DNA of 64,000 bases. Source: Geosiphon pyriformis uo1 (taxonomy: Eukaryota > Fungi > Glomeromycota). The stretch lies in contig JAAOMT010000426.1 in assembly GCA_016748015.1 (NCBI GenBank), forward strand, positions 153,620-217,619. Reading direction: 5' to 3'. Of this stretch, positions 1 through 13,644 are shown piece by piece. Positions within the stretch are counted from its first letter, which is position 1; the number at the start of each line of letters is the position of its first letter. The notes beneath the pieces were generated by a model, which worked only from the letters and a program-made list of their open reading frames with translations, made no database searches and was not told the DNA's origin. A program made the translations under genes and the position numbers.

Positions 1-107
1 AATGTTTTATCCGAAATATTTCAAAAAGAAATATTATTAAAATTCATGGTTTCAGCTTCACAAATTGTGAAAAACACTTTGGAATTCTTCTCTTTTGTTT
101 CATTTTA

Positions 108-110
<3 letters not shown>

Positions 111-148
<38 letters not shown>
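111..148. repeat. (TTA)n microsatellite
   Basis: About 12 perfect TTA units read directly. Confidence 0.95.
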
Positions 149-1307
149 TCAAAGATATACTGATGTCTCCATGTGAAAATCGAAGCTCGAGTAACTTTCT
201 TTTCAAAGTACTCTAAACAAACCATTGGAAATTTGATTATTGCTTGTTTTTTACGATAATATGGCGTGGGTTTTAATCATCTGTCTACACATGCAATCAT
301 GGCGACATATCCTTTTTCAGTGATTCAGGAGTTAGGAGTTACGCGCATTGTTTTTGCTCAAGAAGCAAGCACAACATCTATCATCATTTTTGATTGCCAA
401 ATCGACTAGTTCCTAGTTTAAAGTTCTTTACTTAATTTATTAGATCCTTTACTATTTGTATGATGTCGTGTTGAACGTATTAGCTTTGCCGACGTTTTGA
501 GTCGCAAAAAGCCAATTATAAGGAGTATTTGTGATAAGTTAAACCTTCAAAGTGTTGCTCCCAGTGAATATGGACGACTTAAATGTTGTAAGACGCCCAA
601 GGTGCTTATATTTATCCCCATTTAAGTTGATGAAATAATATCCTAAGAGTGACTCTTGGTGAGCACAGAAGGGTTCTGCATCAGTTTAATGAATTTTTTG
701 GTGATTGCGTATAAGCTTCTCCCTAACCTAAGACCCGAATAATTTTTATTAAATATTTGTGTAACATATGTTATCTTTTTGTGATTCCTGCTGTTTGTGT
801 AGATGAAAAATGAAATTATTTTTCCCAAAGGCACAAAACTTGTTCCCTAACCTGATGGGATGGATGTCACAAATACGTCGCTTAAGTTTTCGTTGGACCT
901 TGAACAGCTGATTATTAGATGCATTTTTGAACTTTGATAATAGAGAATGAAAATTCGAAAATCCGGTGTAAACACTGACGAGGAAGAATGAAATTCAAAA
1001 TCTTGTGTTTAAACATTCACTGACAACGGAGTAATAAAATGCTCAATGAAGAAGGATGTTCAAAATATTAAAATATCTTTATTCTTCCCAGAGTCATAAA
1101 TAAGTCCAAAAACCTGATTTTTTGGTAAAGTCTCCTTTCATTTATGGTTAGGTTCCGCAAAAAATCTTCATTTTAAATGCAAGATTCTGATGCAAAGAAA
1201 TTTGATTTTCAAAATAAAGAATGGGCTTTTCAAATTAGAATATAAAAAACAGTTAGCATGATAAACACAAGTGAATTTATAAGGAATTTTTATGCATAGA
1301 CAATCAA

Positions 1308-1385
1308 ATAATAATAATAATAATAATAATAATGATTATTTGAAATATATATAAAAAGATATTGAGGCTTAAGAAATAGGTATTT

Positions 1386-1420
<35 letters not shown>
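1308..1420. repeat. (TAA)n and (AT)n microsatellites
   Basis: ATAATAATA run at ~1308-1333 and (AT)16 at 1389-1420. Confidence 0.9.
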
Positions 1421-1422
<2 letters not shown>

Positions 1423-2406
1423 TTAAATAACAAAGAAGGAAAAACGATTAAACAATCAATTCAATATTTTTTTTAAAAGAAAAAACAATTTAAATTCAGA
1501 AATTATAATCCGAGAGAACATAATCAAAAGATACATGTATTTAGTCTTAAAATTTTCTCAGGGAAACAGGCTTTTATCTCCATTCATCATTCATCAAAAG
1601 TGAAATATTACGTAATTCAAAAAAAAATAGATTAAACCCAAAAACTTTGCTTCTGAAAAGGGTTTTGCTAAAATAGCTTTAAAATTTATTTTTAATCCAG
1701 TCAATTCAAGTAAAAAAAAATTGAAATTGAAATTCTTTAACTTTCATTATTTTCCTTTTTTGGAAGCATTTGAATTTGGATTTGGATTATAATAAAAAAG
1801 TATGAAATCAGATACACTATTGTAAGTGTTTTTGGAAAATAAAGGTTTTTTTAGTTTATAAAATAATTTTACATGGTACTACTATTCATCTTAAATGGAA
1901 CTTGAAAAAATCTAGAAACCCCCATGTTATTGAGGGAAAAAGGATTTTATACTAATCTCTTAATGAGAAATCCAATACACTTATTTATAATCAATGTTTC
2001 CGAAATATCATTTTCATATTTATCTTTTATAAAAGGAACAGTCGATTTTAAAAAGAGGTAAAAATTCGATCTTTTCAAAATTAAGATCCAATATTTTGAA
2101 ACCAAAAAAATAGGTAATCTAAATATGGGAACCAAGTATTCCAGATTAGTAATGGTCTAGATTTATCATCATTTACTTTTGATTTCCTTTGATTAGCCAT
2201 CATTAAAAAGATGATGCGGGAAGCATCTTTTTAAAATCGATAAAAGCAGAGTGAGTGAGTTGGTTGTTTGGTTGATTGGTTGGTTGATTGGTTGATTTAT
2301 TACTTTTGAAACAAAAATTTTTTTACAATTTTCGAAAACTTTAATGAAAGTTTGCCCTAATATTTTCATTTTCAAAAGGTTTAAAGTCGATATTTTCATG
2401 TAATAA

Positions 2407-2949
2407 ATGCAATCTCTAACTCCAATTGTTACTGTATTAAACAAAAAAATCAATCATATATTGAATCCTTCATCACAAAATGATAAACATCCAAAAGATA
2501 GATTTCAAAAAAGACCACTCTCCATAATAGTTGATCTTTTTACAAATGATAAATCATATGAATACAATCAAAGCAATTATAGTTTCCTCCCAACACCAAA
2601 AACTCCTATTGAAGCAAATACACAAAGTGATTCCTTGGTCTTTACCACTTTCTTTGATCAACTTCGGGAAGAGGAAGAAAAAATTAATAAAATGGCTATA
2701 AAGAGGTACCATCGACAAATTACCATTATTGAAGATCAAATTAACATACCACCATCACCACCACTACCACTACCACTACCACTACCACCGATCGAACATG
2801 AGGAGTTAGGTGAAATGGAGTACAATATTCAAAGTGAAAAAAAAATTCCTTTTCATAAAATGTTATCGTTTGATACTTTGATATTGGGAGAACAAATATC
2901 TGATGAACGTCAAACTTTCTTCACAAATAATAAGTATTTTGCAAGTTGA
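2407..2949 (+). CDS. Hypothetical low-complexity protein (180 aa) with a Pro-rich segment
   Basis: ATG-initiated open frame, more GC-rich than its flanks; PPSPPLPLPLPLPP encoded by CCACTA repeats; no recognisable domain. Confidence 0.55.
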   Translation: MQSLTPIVTVLNKKINHILNPSSQNDKHPKDRFQKRPLSIIVDLFTNDKSYEYNQSNYSFLPTPKTPIEANTQSDSLVFTTFFDQLREEEEKINKMAIKRYHRQITIIEDQINIPPSPPLPLPLPLPPIEHEELGEMEYNIQSEKKIPFHKMLSFDTLILGEQISDERQTFFTNNKYFAS

Positions 2950-4164
2950 ATCTTTTTAATTTTGATTAGGGTGAAAACTTATTTGATCGAGATTCATTAA
3001 AAAGTTGGTAACTTTTTGATTTACAAAGATATTTTTGTTTTAATTATTCTAAAATATTGATTTTTTATTTTTATAAAAAAAATTTTTATGATATAGATTG
3101 TAAATTCTCAACAAATTTTCTATTGAATTTGTAGTATAAAGTAAATTAAAAATTTTTCAAAATATATATTGATAACAAAGGATCAATTATTTTTTATTTG
3201 CATTAAAAAATAATAAGACGTTTGACAATCAGTTAGTTTGATCAATGTAATAAATAAATAATTCTCATTCGATCTTATTTTAGGGAAATAATTTTCTTTT
3301 AAAGTCACACCCCTTTATTTTTTAAAATTTGGAAATTTATGGTAGATGTAAATAGTTTTCTTAAAATAGAATTTTATTTAATTAACCATATATATATATA
3401 TGATGATCTAATTATATCAATTGGAAGCACGGACAGACGAGAATGGGATTTTAAAAAGAATTTAAAATTTTCATACAAAAAATCTTCTTTCAAAGTTTAT
3501 ACTATAAATAAAAATTAATTATTCACAATGACTTAAAATTTATTTATTTGATACATTAAAATAAAAACTTTTTTTAAATATCAATTTAAAATAAATTTTT
3601 TTTGAAATTCCTTTACAATAAAACTTTTTAACTTATACTGAGAATTATATCAAATTTTTTCATATCATAAATATAATTTTTTGTTTAAATAACTGATACT
3701 CTTTTCTCTTTTGACGGTTTTCCAATTTCAAAGAATTCAGTTACGACTTATATATTTAATAGTTGCTAAAAAACTATATAATGGTTTGATGTTTATTTTT
3801 AACAAATTTACCATCTCAAATGAATTATTGGAGAAAAAGAAGGACCATCATCCTTCTGTTTATATTTATATGCGTACACAACGCTTTATTTACATGATTC
3901 TAAAAGAAGTGGCACAAGAGTTCTTCAGGCGGTGCCTGCCTAACTTATCAATCCCCCGTTTATGATAAAAATGTTCATCAATAAAATTCTAAGAATAACA
4001 AAGCTGACTAAAATACAAATTTTAAGCTAGATATTTTTTGAAAATGATTCTAGGAATGACTTCATATGTCATTAGCAAAATTTTTTAAATGTTATTTTAC
4101 TATTTTCAATTAGATTTGATGTTAGTTGAATCCTAGAAGTAATTTTAACTTTTTGAGATTTATT

Positions 4165-4728
4165 TTATAAGCCAAAATGTTCTATCATAAAGTTTCCCTT
4201 GTAGAAAAGATCATTATCCCAAAAATTTTTATCAATTTTCTTCTTGTTTCGCTCATCAACGGCAGAAAGGGGAATTTCAGACCAATCCTCGTCTATATAA
4301 TTTTTTAGTTCTAATGGCTCATAAACTGGAATATTGCTTCTAGTCCTATCCCTTTCCGAAAATGAGTACCAAGAAAAATTGCGTTTTGCTTTGTGACAAT
4401 CCTCGTTTTGAGATTCATCAAGGACTAAGGATGTTGGTTCTTCGTAAACCACTATTTCATTCCTCAAATCCCCATATGTAGAGGGATCAAAAGGTGTGCT
4501 GGGATGTTTTTCTTTTCCCCAAGGTTCAGAAGAAAGTAAATGTTTCTTTTCAATTCGGAAAAGGTTACCAAAGTCTACAAAACTTAAAGAATCTTTTTGG
4601 TTGTATATTTCCGTTTCGTTATCAATCTTTGGGATATCATTTGCCGCTCTTTTTAAAAATTTCGAAGTATCAACAGTAAGGAAACTATTGTTTTGTCTTT
4701 TCTTTTTTGTAATTCTTGGAGGTGACAT
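4165..4728 (-). CDS. Hypothetical protein (~187 aa from the ATG at 4728)
   Basis: Long hydrophilic ORF (MSPPRITKKKR...EHFGL) in AT-rich DNA; basic NLS-like N-terminus; no recognisable domain. Confidence 0.55.
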   Translation of the reverse strand: MSPPRITKKKRQNNSFLTVDTSKFLKRAANDIPKIDNETEIYNQKDSLSFVDFGNLFRIEKKHLLSSEPWGKEKHPSTPFDPSTYGDLRNEIVVYEEPTSLVLDESQNEDCHKAKRNFSWYSFSERDRTRSNIPVYEPLELKNYIDEDWSEIPLSAVDERNKKKIDKNFWDNDLFYKGNFMIEHFGL

Positions 4729-7593
4729 TTTAATTTTATTATTATTCAATTTTTGTGTATTTTACAATTGTCTCAAGATTTTTTGTGGCAAAAAAAAAGA
4801 CGATTTTAACGTCTCTTTATATATTGAAAAGATTCATATTGTATGAATTGGAAACTAATACCCTAACTAGGACTTGTTAATGTGAATTCCCAATATACCC
4901 ATCAATCTGTAAATCTGAATTCTTAATATGCCCATCAATGGCTTCGATAATATTATTTGTTACACAAATTTACAGCCTTTAAATAACAATTGACTGACAA
5001 ACATAAAATTTACCCGATCCAAAATGGTTTTTAATTCGGAATGATATGGCAAAAGAAGTTAAAAAAAATTAGATTAGTAATATTTATCCATATGAATTAT
5101 TCATTATTCATTATGAAAAAGGTATGGTTTTATTGATGATAAGTCGTCAATATTACCGCCTCGGTTTGATGTAAACTCCGTAAGTATGCCGAAACTTGCC
5201 AAAAATTATTTGAATTTAAAAAAATTATTTTTTCACCAATTATATCACAGTTAGCCGATTGGAAGGACTATCAAGATCGAATAAACTTCGATTGCATATG
5301 CTAATCTGATGATATTTTAGAGCATTCCCTTTTTAAATGATTTCAAAATCCTCTAAGATCATTTAAAAGTATTTTGACTGAAACCATCATCATTATACGC
5401 AATATTTATCGCAAAACTTTATAGCTTTTTCTTTTGTTTGGATTTCTTTTCCATTCATATTTATTTCATTCAAAAATCCAAGACATTAAAATGTCATCTC
5501 ATTATTATATATTAGATAACAAGTAATTTTTTATTTTTCTATTTACTTTTAATATTAATTTTTAAAATAATGGGTACAAAGTTTTATTATTTATACTTTT
5601 TTTTATTTACACATCAATAAAATAAAATTTGAAAATTTAATCAATTAAAATAAGAATAAAATTAAATTTTTAATGGTATAATAATACATTAATAACAAAC
5701 AAAAGATTTATTAAAAATTCATAATATTTAGTATTTTCAAATTCGTAATATTTGTAATAAAACAAATATTTCATAAATGGAGATTTTTTTAAAAACCAGA
5801 TTTTATAATTAATAATTATTTAGTTATTTATTTATTTATTTATTCATTCTAATTCTATTCATTTTTAATAAATCATTTAACTTTATTTCTGATAAATATT
5901 TTTTAAAATTAAACTCATTTATTTATTTTATTTTATTTTATTTATTTATTATATTTTGCTTTATTTTGATTTTATTTGAATTTCAAAAATAAAATTTTGC
6001 AATTTAAAAATTATCATTGTATATCATATTTTTTAAAATTTTTATTTTATATTATAATTAATAAAAAAAAGTTCTTAATTTAATAATTTATTATTATGAT
6101 TATATTTTGTAATTAATTTAAAATTCGATTTTCAATTAATATATTAATTTTTCTAAACCTTATATATTTTTAACAAATTCTTGCTTTAAAATGACTAATT
6201 ACAATGAATGTTTTTAATTTTTACAAATTTATTCAAAATTTCATTTTTTAAATATTTTTTGTAAATCTTATAACTTTTCAAATCAATTAGTGAACAATCA
6301 TAAGTAACAATTAACTATAAATTCGAAACAATTAGCTAAATGTCAGTAATCAGTTAAAATGTATTCGATGGATAAAATTAGTTAAGTAAAGAAATTTTTA
6401 TTAACAAAATTGACAATATTTAAATTTTAACTTAAAATAATAAATTTGACTCAAATATAAAATTTATTCTCAAAGTCTTCAAGGTATTTATAGTAATTTC
6501 CAGTTTTAAATATTTATTTAAAATATATAAATCTAAATAGTATATATGATACTTTATTTTTTAATAAATTTCTTTTAAAAAAAATTCATAATTATATAAA
6601 ATTTGTAAAGGTTTATTAATTTTGATTCTTATTTTAATTCATTGAATAAATTATATTTTTATAATCATATAACCCAATTTAAAACATTTGTTTTTTAAAA
6701 AAAAATCAGATTTTACATTGCTAATCATATAGAAATATTACATTTATTTTTTTAATTAATAAAACTAAAAATATATAAAAACTTCAAATTTAAAAAAAAA
6801 AAAAACTTATTTTATAATTAGCTTGAAATTTGAAAACTTATGATTGTATTAATACGTATAATATGTAATGCAAAAAATATATATATTTAATTTTAATTAC
6901 AATGAATTTAAATCTAATGATATTTGATCTTCATCGAAACAGATTTTAAAATCTTCCAGAATCTTCCAAACTTATTTCCATTCTTACCTATTTTATTCGG
7001 GAGAAAAAATAGAATTGATACCACCAAAATACAGCCACTTTTATATTTAGCCTATAGGTAAAAATAAAAGAAATGCATAATACTTAAAAAGTCTTCACAA
7101 AAGACATATGAATCCAAAAGTTTACACGGACTTTATTGTTTAAAGCCCCCTAAATTTGCACCTGATTCTTTTTGATTAGCATAAATCTAAAACCATTATG
7201 TCGTAATACCTTTTATTTTCTTTGTTTCAAATGCTAAGTACTGCTCAAAATATTTTTCTAAAACAAAAAAATAAATGTGTATCAAGTTAATAAAACTATC
7301 TCTTCTTTCTTTTCCTAGTTTTGTATTTTCAATAAAATAGATTGTGATAGGAGGGTTTGATCCTATATAGTCCGTAATCCTTCAATCAAAAGAGAAACTT
7401 CAAAATAAAAGAAATTCCTCAATTGTAACCATCGAGTGTATTTATAACCTCTCTTCGCCAAAAAAGGAATTTTTTTCATAGAGAATTGATTCCATTTAAA
7501 AAAATACACGAACGATTTTATTGTTGCTCAAAAATTCGTCATTGAACCGGATATAAATACCAAATCAGCTAAAATTTATAAAAACCTTCCATC

Positions 7594-8202
7594 ATGCCAA
7601 GAAAATTTTTACCTAAACTTTTATTCTTTTCATAGAACTTTAGATAAATGTCACCCTCAGTTTCAACCACCCGAAATTACTCGTAAAAATTGGTCTCAGA
7701 TTCACCTAAAGAATTTAGTTTTACCCCCTTACCCACTCAGAGTAACAAATGATCAGATAATGGACGATATGAAAGTCTCAAAAACTAAAGAGATTTTCGC
7801 ACAACAATGTTCTAGCTGTAAAGAGAGTAAAAAATATGTGAAGATTTTCTCAACTGGTGTACAAAACATAGAGAAACTGATAACTTCTTTGAATAAAGTC
7901 ACTGGACGTTTCGAGCCGTTTAATAGTAAGGTTAGGAATTTTGTAATTTAATTACTTGATTTAGCCGAAATTTTCCTCGCCTTTTAAGACTCTGAAATTT
8001 GTTTTATAATATTTAGGAAAAATGTTTAATTTTTCAATTCCGTATAAATGAAAATTCTACACATGATTCCAAAGAAACTAGCTTTCAATGTTTATCTCAT
8101 GATATCCTCTCAAGCTGTTCTCTTGACGATCTAAATATCCTTGTTAACATGACGACTTCGAAAGATTTAAATCTTTCCTTATCTGAAAAGAAAAGTGTGT
8201 GA
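7594..8202 (+). pseudogene. Two-exon gene or pseudogene, possibly a degenerate HMG-box-family member
   Basis: Frame 7631-7930 joins in phase 0 through a GT-AG intron (7931-8016) to an exon ending at TGA 8200-8202. The ATG at 7594 is one base out of frame. LVLPPYPLRVT resembles the PPYP leader of glomeromycotan MATA-HMG proteins, but no intact HMG box is visible. Confidence 0.3.
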
Positions 8203-9569
8203 CTACGAAAAGAGCTTGATTCCTAATAAAAATAATCAACAAAGAACTCTCGCATCATTTTGATTTATTATAGTCATCCTACCCTTCAAAATATGATTCA
8301 AATCAGCTTTATTTCTCATTTCCTAAGCTATTAAATTCCTTTTTATTTAAATCTCATGTTAAAAACTAAAAATAATTTAAATAAGTGTTGGCTTGAAAGA
8401 AAATTTTTCAAGGCTTTGTTTTTATTTTTTTGGATGAATATAAAGTCGGACTGATGTATTATATTTAAATCTAGTCTTCATATGAAAAAGCCAATTTTGA
8501 CCAACTTGGAGGAACTTGAATTTAATTAATTCAAGTTCCAAAAGCATCTTTGCATCATTCATGAATAAAAACAATATAATAGATTTTTGAGATGGCGCAA
8601 GTAGAAAAGAACTTTTGATATATGCTTTTGCCTTTTTTACCGACAAATAAACAGTCTCATTGGCTGTAGATCCTAACCATTTCTAGAAGCTAAATTATCA
8701 TCAGATAAGAGAGTCCATAAATGTTTGGCATGAAAAAAGGGAAATTTTCTCTTTCATTCGTTGTTAAAACGCATGTTTAGTGAGCCTGATAAGTAATACA
8801 AATTTTTCAAAAGAAATCTTAGCTAACAGAAGAGGTAACAAGGCCATAAATAATAAATTAATGGCTACGAGTAACTATTAAAGTAACTTGGGAAATAAAG
8901 AAAAATTTACATTCACCTCGATCTCCATTAATTTAATCAAGTTTGATGCAGCCAATTGACCCAATTGATGAGTGCGCACTCTCAATTTTGTGTATTATTC
9001 TTTATTGTTTCGAGAAACAAAAGGGATTTTTCACACATAAATTATCATGACCAGAACCATTGTTCATAAGTGATTTTTTAATCAACCATTTTATTGTGGT
9101 TTCAAATTTATGTTTCTCTCTATGAGCTACAAATATTATCACCGAAGGTTTATGTTATAGCGTTTGAATAAGAAATAAATTTTTATAAGTTTTAGCCAAT
9201 GCAAGTTTATCAATTCAAATGTAGCTATTGCGTTTTGAATGTCAGTTTTTTTAAAACTTTTCAAAAACCTCAAAAGATAATATATGGAATAAATAAATTT
9301 TCATTTTAAAATTCAAATTCTGTCTTGCCAATTTTTTAATAACTTACAAACAAGAAAATAGTCTTTCAAAAATTTCGTACATTGAAAATATTTTCATTCG
9401 CATCCAATTAGACAATTTCTTTTTTTTAAATATCAATAATATTAAAAACTTCACCGGCTTGATAAATAATAAAATGCAGACAAAACAAACACATTAAAAA
9501 TATTTAAATATATGCGTTACTTCAATATCACTTATTATGTTATTTTTGATTTACTTTTATGTAAATTTA

Positions 9570-10330
9570 ATTGGCTGAATTGAAAGCAATATAGCTTTCA
9601 CTTGAATGCATACTAGCTGGAAGGAAATGTGATATATATTTTTGGAATTGATGAAGGCCAGTAGACCCGATTTTTGCAAGGTATGTTGGTTAGAAAGGAA
9701 ACATATTGCTTCATTGGTTAGAGGAAAAACTTTATATGTAAATTAGATCAAGATCAAAGAACAGACTGACATTTCTGGTAATATGGAAACAGACAGTCTA
9801 GCAGGTAATGCAGATATTAATGGTTTAGCCGTGTTCAATAAGGTTGCGTATAGCATTTGGTCAATCGAAACAGTATTGCAATTTTTTATAATCTTAACCA
9901 GTACGTTCGAGATTTGTATTATGTGGTACACTATATAAGGTGGGAAGTGAATTGTTTGAACAAATATTTGAATGCAAACATTTTAAATATTGTTAATTGG
10001 AAAAAAACTCCTGACCTAAAAACTGACATGAAAAGCAAAAAATTTATCAAATTACAAACATATCTCATAAAAATTTGCATAACATGCTACCAGTGGCTAA
10101 AAAAAAGCTTTATAATAAAAGTTACCCTAATGCAGATGTGACAAAGTTAAATCATCTAATTACTCTTTTGCATGTAATGCAGACATTGAAATAAAAGTTG
10201 TATTGTTAACAATTGTTGAACATCTGACGGCTAGTGGTACATATTAGAACAAATTCAGAGTCTTTTGAAATCTAAAAATTTGATTTTCTTCTACACTAAT
10301 GCTGGTATACACATTAAATAAAAATGCATA
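9570..10330 (+). mobile_element. Degenerate LINE ORF2 3' fragment (end of RNase H and C-terminal region)
   Basis: ISGNMETDSLA matches the GNExADxLA RNase H motif; LPVAKKKLYNKSYPN aligns with LSLAVRKHLYSRSYLS of LINE-2; stops and frameshifts present. Confidence 0.6.
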
Positions 10331-11910
10331 CACAGCTTTGGTTAAAAAATTTGTTTTCAAAAGTTAATACAACAAATTTTTGAAAACTTCAAAGATATAA
10401 AACAATTTAATTAACAATAAATATTCTCTTTATATTAATCTAATAAATAATAAAAGTTAAGAATTTTGAATAAATATGATTTTTAAATGGCATTTAAGTT
10501 TAATAAAAACAAGAAGATATTAAAATTTTAACTTATAAGAAATTTTCTAATGTATTATAAAATAGTTTTATTAAGTCAAATAACTGGTTACATATAAAAA
10601 GTACATAATTTGAATTTATTATAGAATATACAATTGTATATAATCAAATAATAGTTGAAACTATATTTATTAAAAAATTAGTTTTAATTAAAATTTTAAT
10701 TTTTTCTTATATATATTTTTATTGCTTAATAAAGTAGTGTAAAGATTGTAAAGACAATATTATTAATATTAACTAAGCTTATAACTATTGTTTTAGCATT
10801 AGAATGTATTCTAAATAGTAATAATTATATAGTTTATATAAATAGTTTGACTGTTATTAACATGTGTAAATTTGAGATGATTTTAAGACAATCTTATTTT
10901 TATAACAAATATTTAATAAAAAAATATTAAATTACTAATATTATATATAATAAGAATTTGTTTATAAATTAAATTAAAATTAAAAATTAAAATAATTATT
11001 ATATAATTGTAGAAATCTATTTATTTGGTTATTTGTTATTATATAATATTCTAAAAAAGTTTTTGTATTATTTTGGTAATATAACTATTTTTGACAATAC
11101 TTAACATTTTGTTTATAATATTTTTGACTTTATTAATTATGTTTAATAAAAATCAAAACAGTGAAAAAATTTTGGATGTTAATTTGGTTAAAAACATTAA
11201 TTAAAATAAAATTATTTTGATATAATATTTAAACTTATATTTTTGGTTTAATTTTACTAATCCAAAACTGTTAAACTTAGTTTATATTATAAAAATATTA
11301 AATAAAAAGTTATTTCTAACTAAATAAAATAATGTTACAATTTAATTTATATAAATATTATTGGTCTTAATTATAATATTATTAAATTTTTTAATTATAT
11401 CTTTAAATCTATTAATATTTTAAATACTAAAATAAATGTTGCTTCTAAATATAATTTTATGTGATAGTTATAATTTAATACTGTAATTAAAACTCTTATA
11501 TTTTATAAAAAAATTTTGGTTTTTTTTAGATAATTTAAATAATTTTTTACTATTTAATAATATATATATAATACTAATAAAAAGTTTTGTGTTTAAATTT
11601 TGGTTTATTAATATTTTTAAAACTTTTAAATTTATTTATTTAAGTACTTTAAAAATCATAAAATTTGTTTGTTTCTTTGTAATATTTTATAAAAACAAAA
11701 TTTAATTGTTTAAAATAAAATTATATATTAATTTTAAAAATATAATTTTTTGTTTAATATATATATGAAAAAATAAAAACAAAACTCTTTCTTTCGTTGA
11801 TCCCCTGGTCACAGCGAGAGCATAGAGTAACCGAATAAATACGCTTCTCCTTCTCCCTTATCCCTTTCGTTTTCGCAGTTATTTCTTTTAATACGTCCAT
11901 ATTTGTTGCT

Positions 11911-12708
11911 ATGGAACCGGTGGGCTCTTCTGCTGGTGGTTCTGGTTCGGGTTCGGCTGGGTTGGGAATCCGGTCTGGCAATAAAAAAAAAAAAGCGCGC
12001 GTTGAGAGTGTCTATTCTCGCAGTCCCTCTTACAAGAAACCAAAGAAACCTGAAATTACCGGTGGAGTGGTGGACTCGTCAGCTGGCCCTATATCTGTCG
12101 ATTTGTTGCAAGCTGCGGAGGACTGTCGCAAGAAATCTTGGGGTAGTGAAGTGGACAGCGAAGAAACCAGTGTTAGCGAAATTTCGGATGTGGAAAACAT
12201 GAAAAATACGATCGCAGAGGAGACCAGCTACGCGGATTCGAATAATTCAGAAATGGACGACGCAATGGACGATGCCACGCCTAGAAAAACGCGCACCAGG
12301 ACTTATGTTTTGGGCAGCCAGCCGAAGATTTCCTTTGGCAATCTGAGCGACAATGACGACGAAATTCTAACACTCCCGGCTCCTAAGTTTTCTGGATCCA
12401 ATCGTTTGCCGCCGACCGAGTCACGTGCCTTGGAGAAGCGGGATTTTAATTCGACAAAATCTTTTGCACTTAATATTGAGATATCTGCTGTACCTGAAAA
12501 GACTTCTGGTAATAAGCTGATGACAGTAAAAAAAAATTTTTATTGTATAAATGGTTTTGGAGAGGTGTCCACTTTTTCAAAATTTCCAGAAATTATTAAA
12601 TCATCTTTTACATCTGAATTGAGCTTAAAAAAGATTAGAAAAATAGCTATCTATAAGAAAATCTTGGTAAATAATGATGTTAAGAGAACAAACAAACACA
12701 CAAATTGA
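11911..12708 (+). CDS. LINE-1 ORF1, open N-terminal 265 codons
   Basis: KSFALNIEISAV...INGFGEVSTFSKFPEIIKSSFTSE is homologous to LINE-2 ORF1 (NFFALNINLSAV...INGFGGATTLSKFKGIIRFTFTSE); the downstream part has many stops. Confidence 0.8.
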   Translation: MEPVGSSAGGSGSGSAGLGIRSGNKKKKARVESVYSRSPSYKKPKKPEITGGVVDSSAGPISVDLLQAAEDCRKKSWGSEVDSEETSVSEISDVENMKNTIAEETSYADSNNSEMDDAMDDATPRKTRTRTYVLGSQPKISFGNLSDNDDEILTLPAPKFSGSNRLPPTESRALEKRDFNSTKSFALNIEISAVPEKTSGNKLMTVKKNFYCINGFGEVSTFSKFPEIIKSSFTSELSLKKIRKIAIYKKILVNNDVKRTNKHTN

Positions 12709-13644
12709 GAAGCAATAGTCAAAAAAATTTCTGTCAATCTTTCAAAATTGGCTGTAAAATCAGTTTTTTCCAAATTTGGAAAAATTATGTCTATTAGGAT
12801 GTAGTTAATTGGTCTTTAACAAAAGACTTTGGTAGAATTTGAGTTAGCTAAAATTGCCAATTTGGTTATAACCAAATAATCTGTTCACATAACAAAAGTT
12901 ATTGATGATAAACAGACATGAATATCCAGAAATCAGCATTAGACTTTGTTGTATATCTTGTTAATTGGCATTATTGTTCATGATTTCTTTAATTTATTGG
13001 TTTTATATGATGAGAAAACTTGTTTTATTGGTTGCAATCCAGATTTATATTGTTATGGGTTGGAGTAACAAGCTAACAGATAGCAAGGGAGAACAGGATT
13101 GTAGGGTGATGGAAATAATCAAAGGAGAATTCAACTTTAAAGAGCAAATTGAATGAGTATGGATTCAATGTGCAAGATCAGTCTCATAAAATATCTCAGT
13201 CACTATTCTTTTCAAAGGTAACTGGGGAATCTGAAGGTAGAGGGATAGTCTGTACTGTCAACAATTGATTACCACTGATATAATTCTATGCTTCATGTCA
13301 GCACTCTTAGAATTCAATATTAGGTATCAACTTGTGCTTTTCAGTCACATTTATTCAAATAATCTTCAAATGCTATAATTATATATGTCAAGAAAAGGCC
13401 AACAAGTAATCTTTTATTCTAAGATGTTCAGATACTTGAAGGTAGGAAAAGAGAAATTAGTAATAAGAGAGTGATTGAGATGAAAGTTGTTATTTTTATT
13501 TATTTTTTATTATTTAAATGCTTGTTATTACATGTTTTTTTACAGCTAAAAAATTCATCACTTATATAGCTGTCAAAAGTGGTCAATGATCAGGTCAATG
13601 ATCACTTTCTAAAAATAGTGTGGCTAATCATATGACATCAGTGG

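Noticed and set aside
4494-4846. + strand ORFs of 61 and 116 aa
   Set aside because: Antisense to the 4165-4728 gene, with non-ATG starts.
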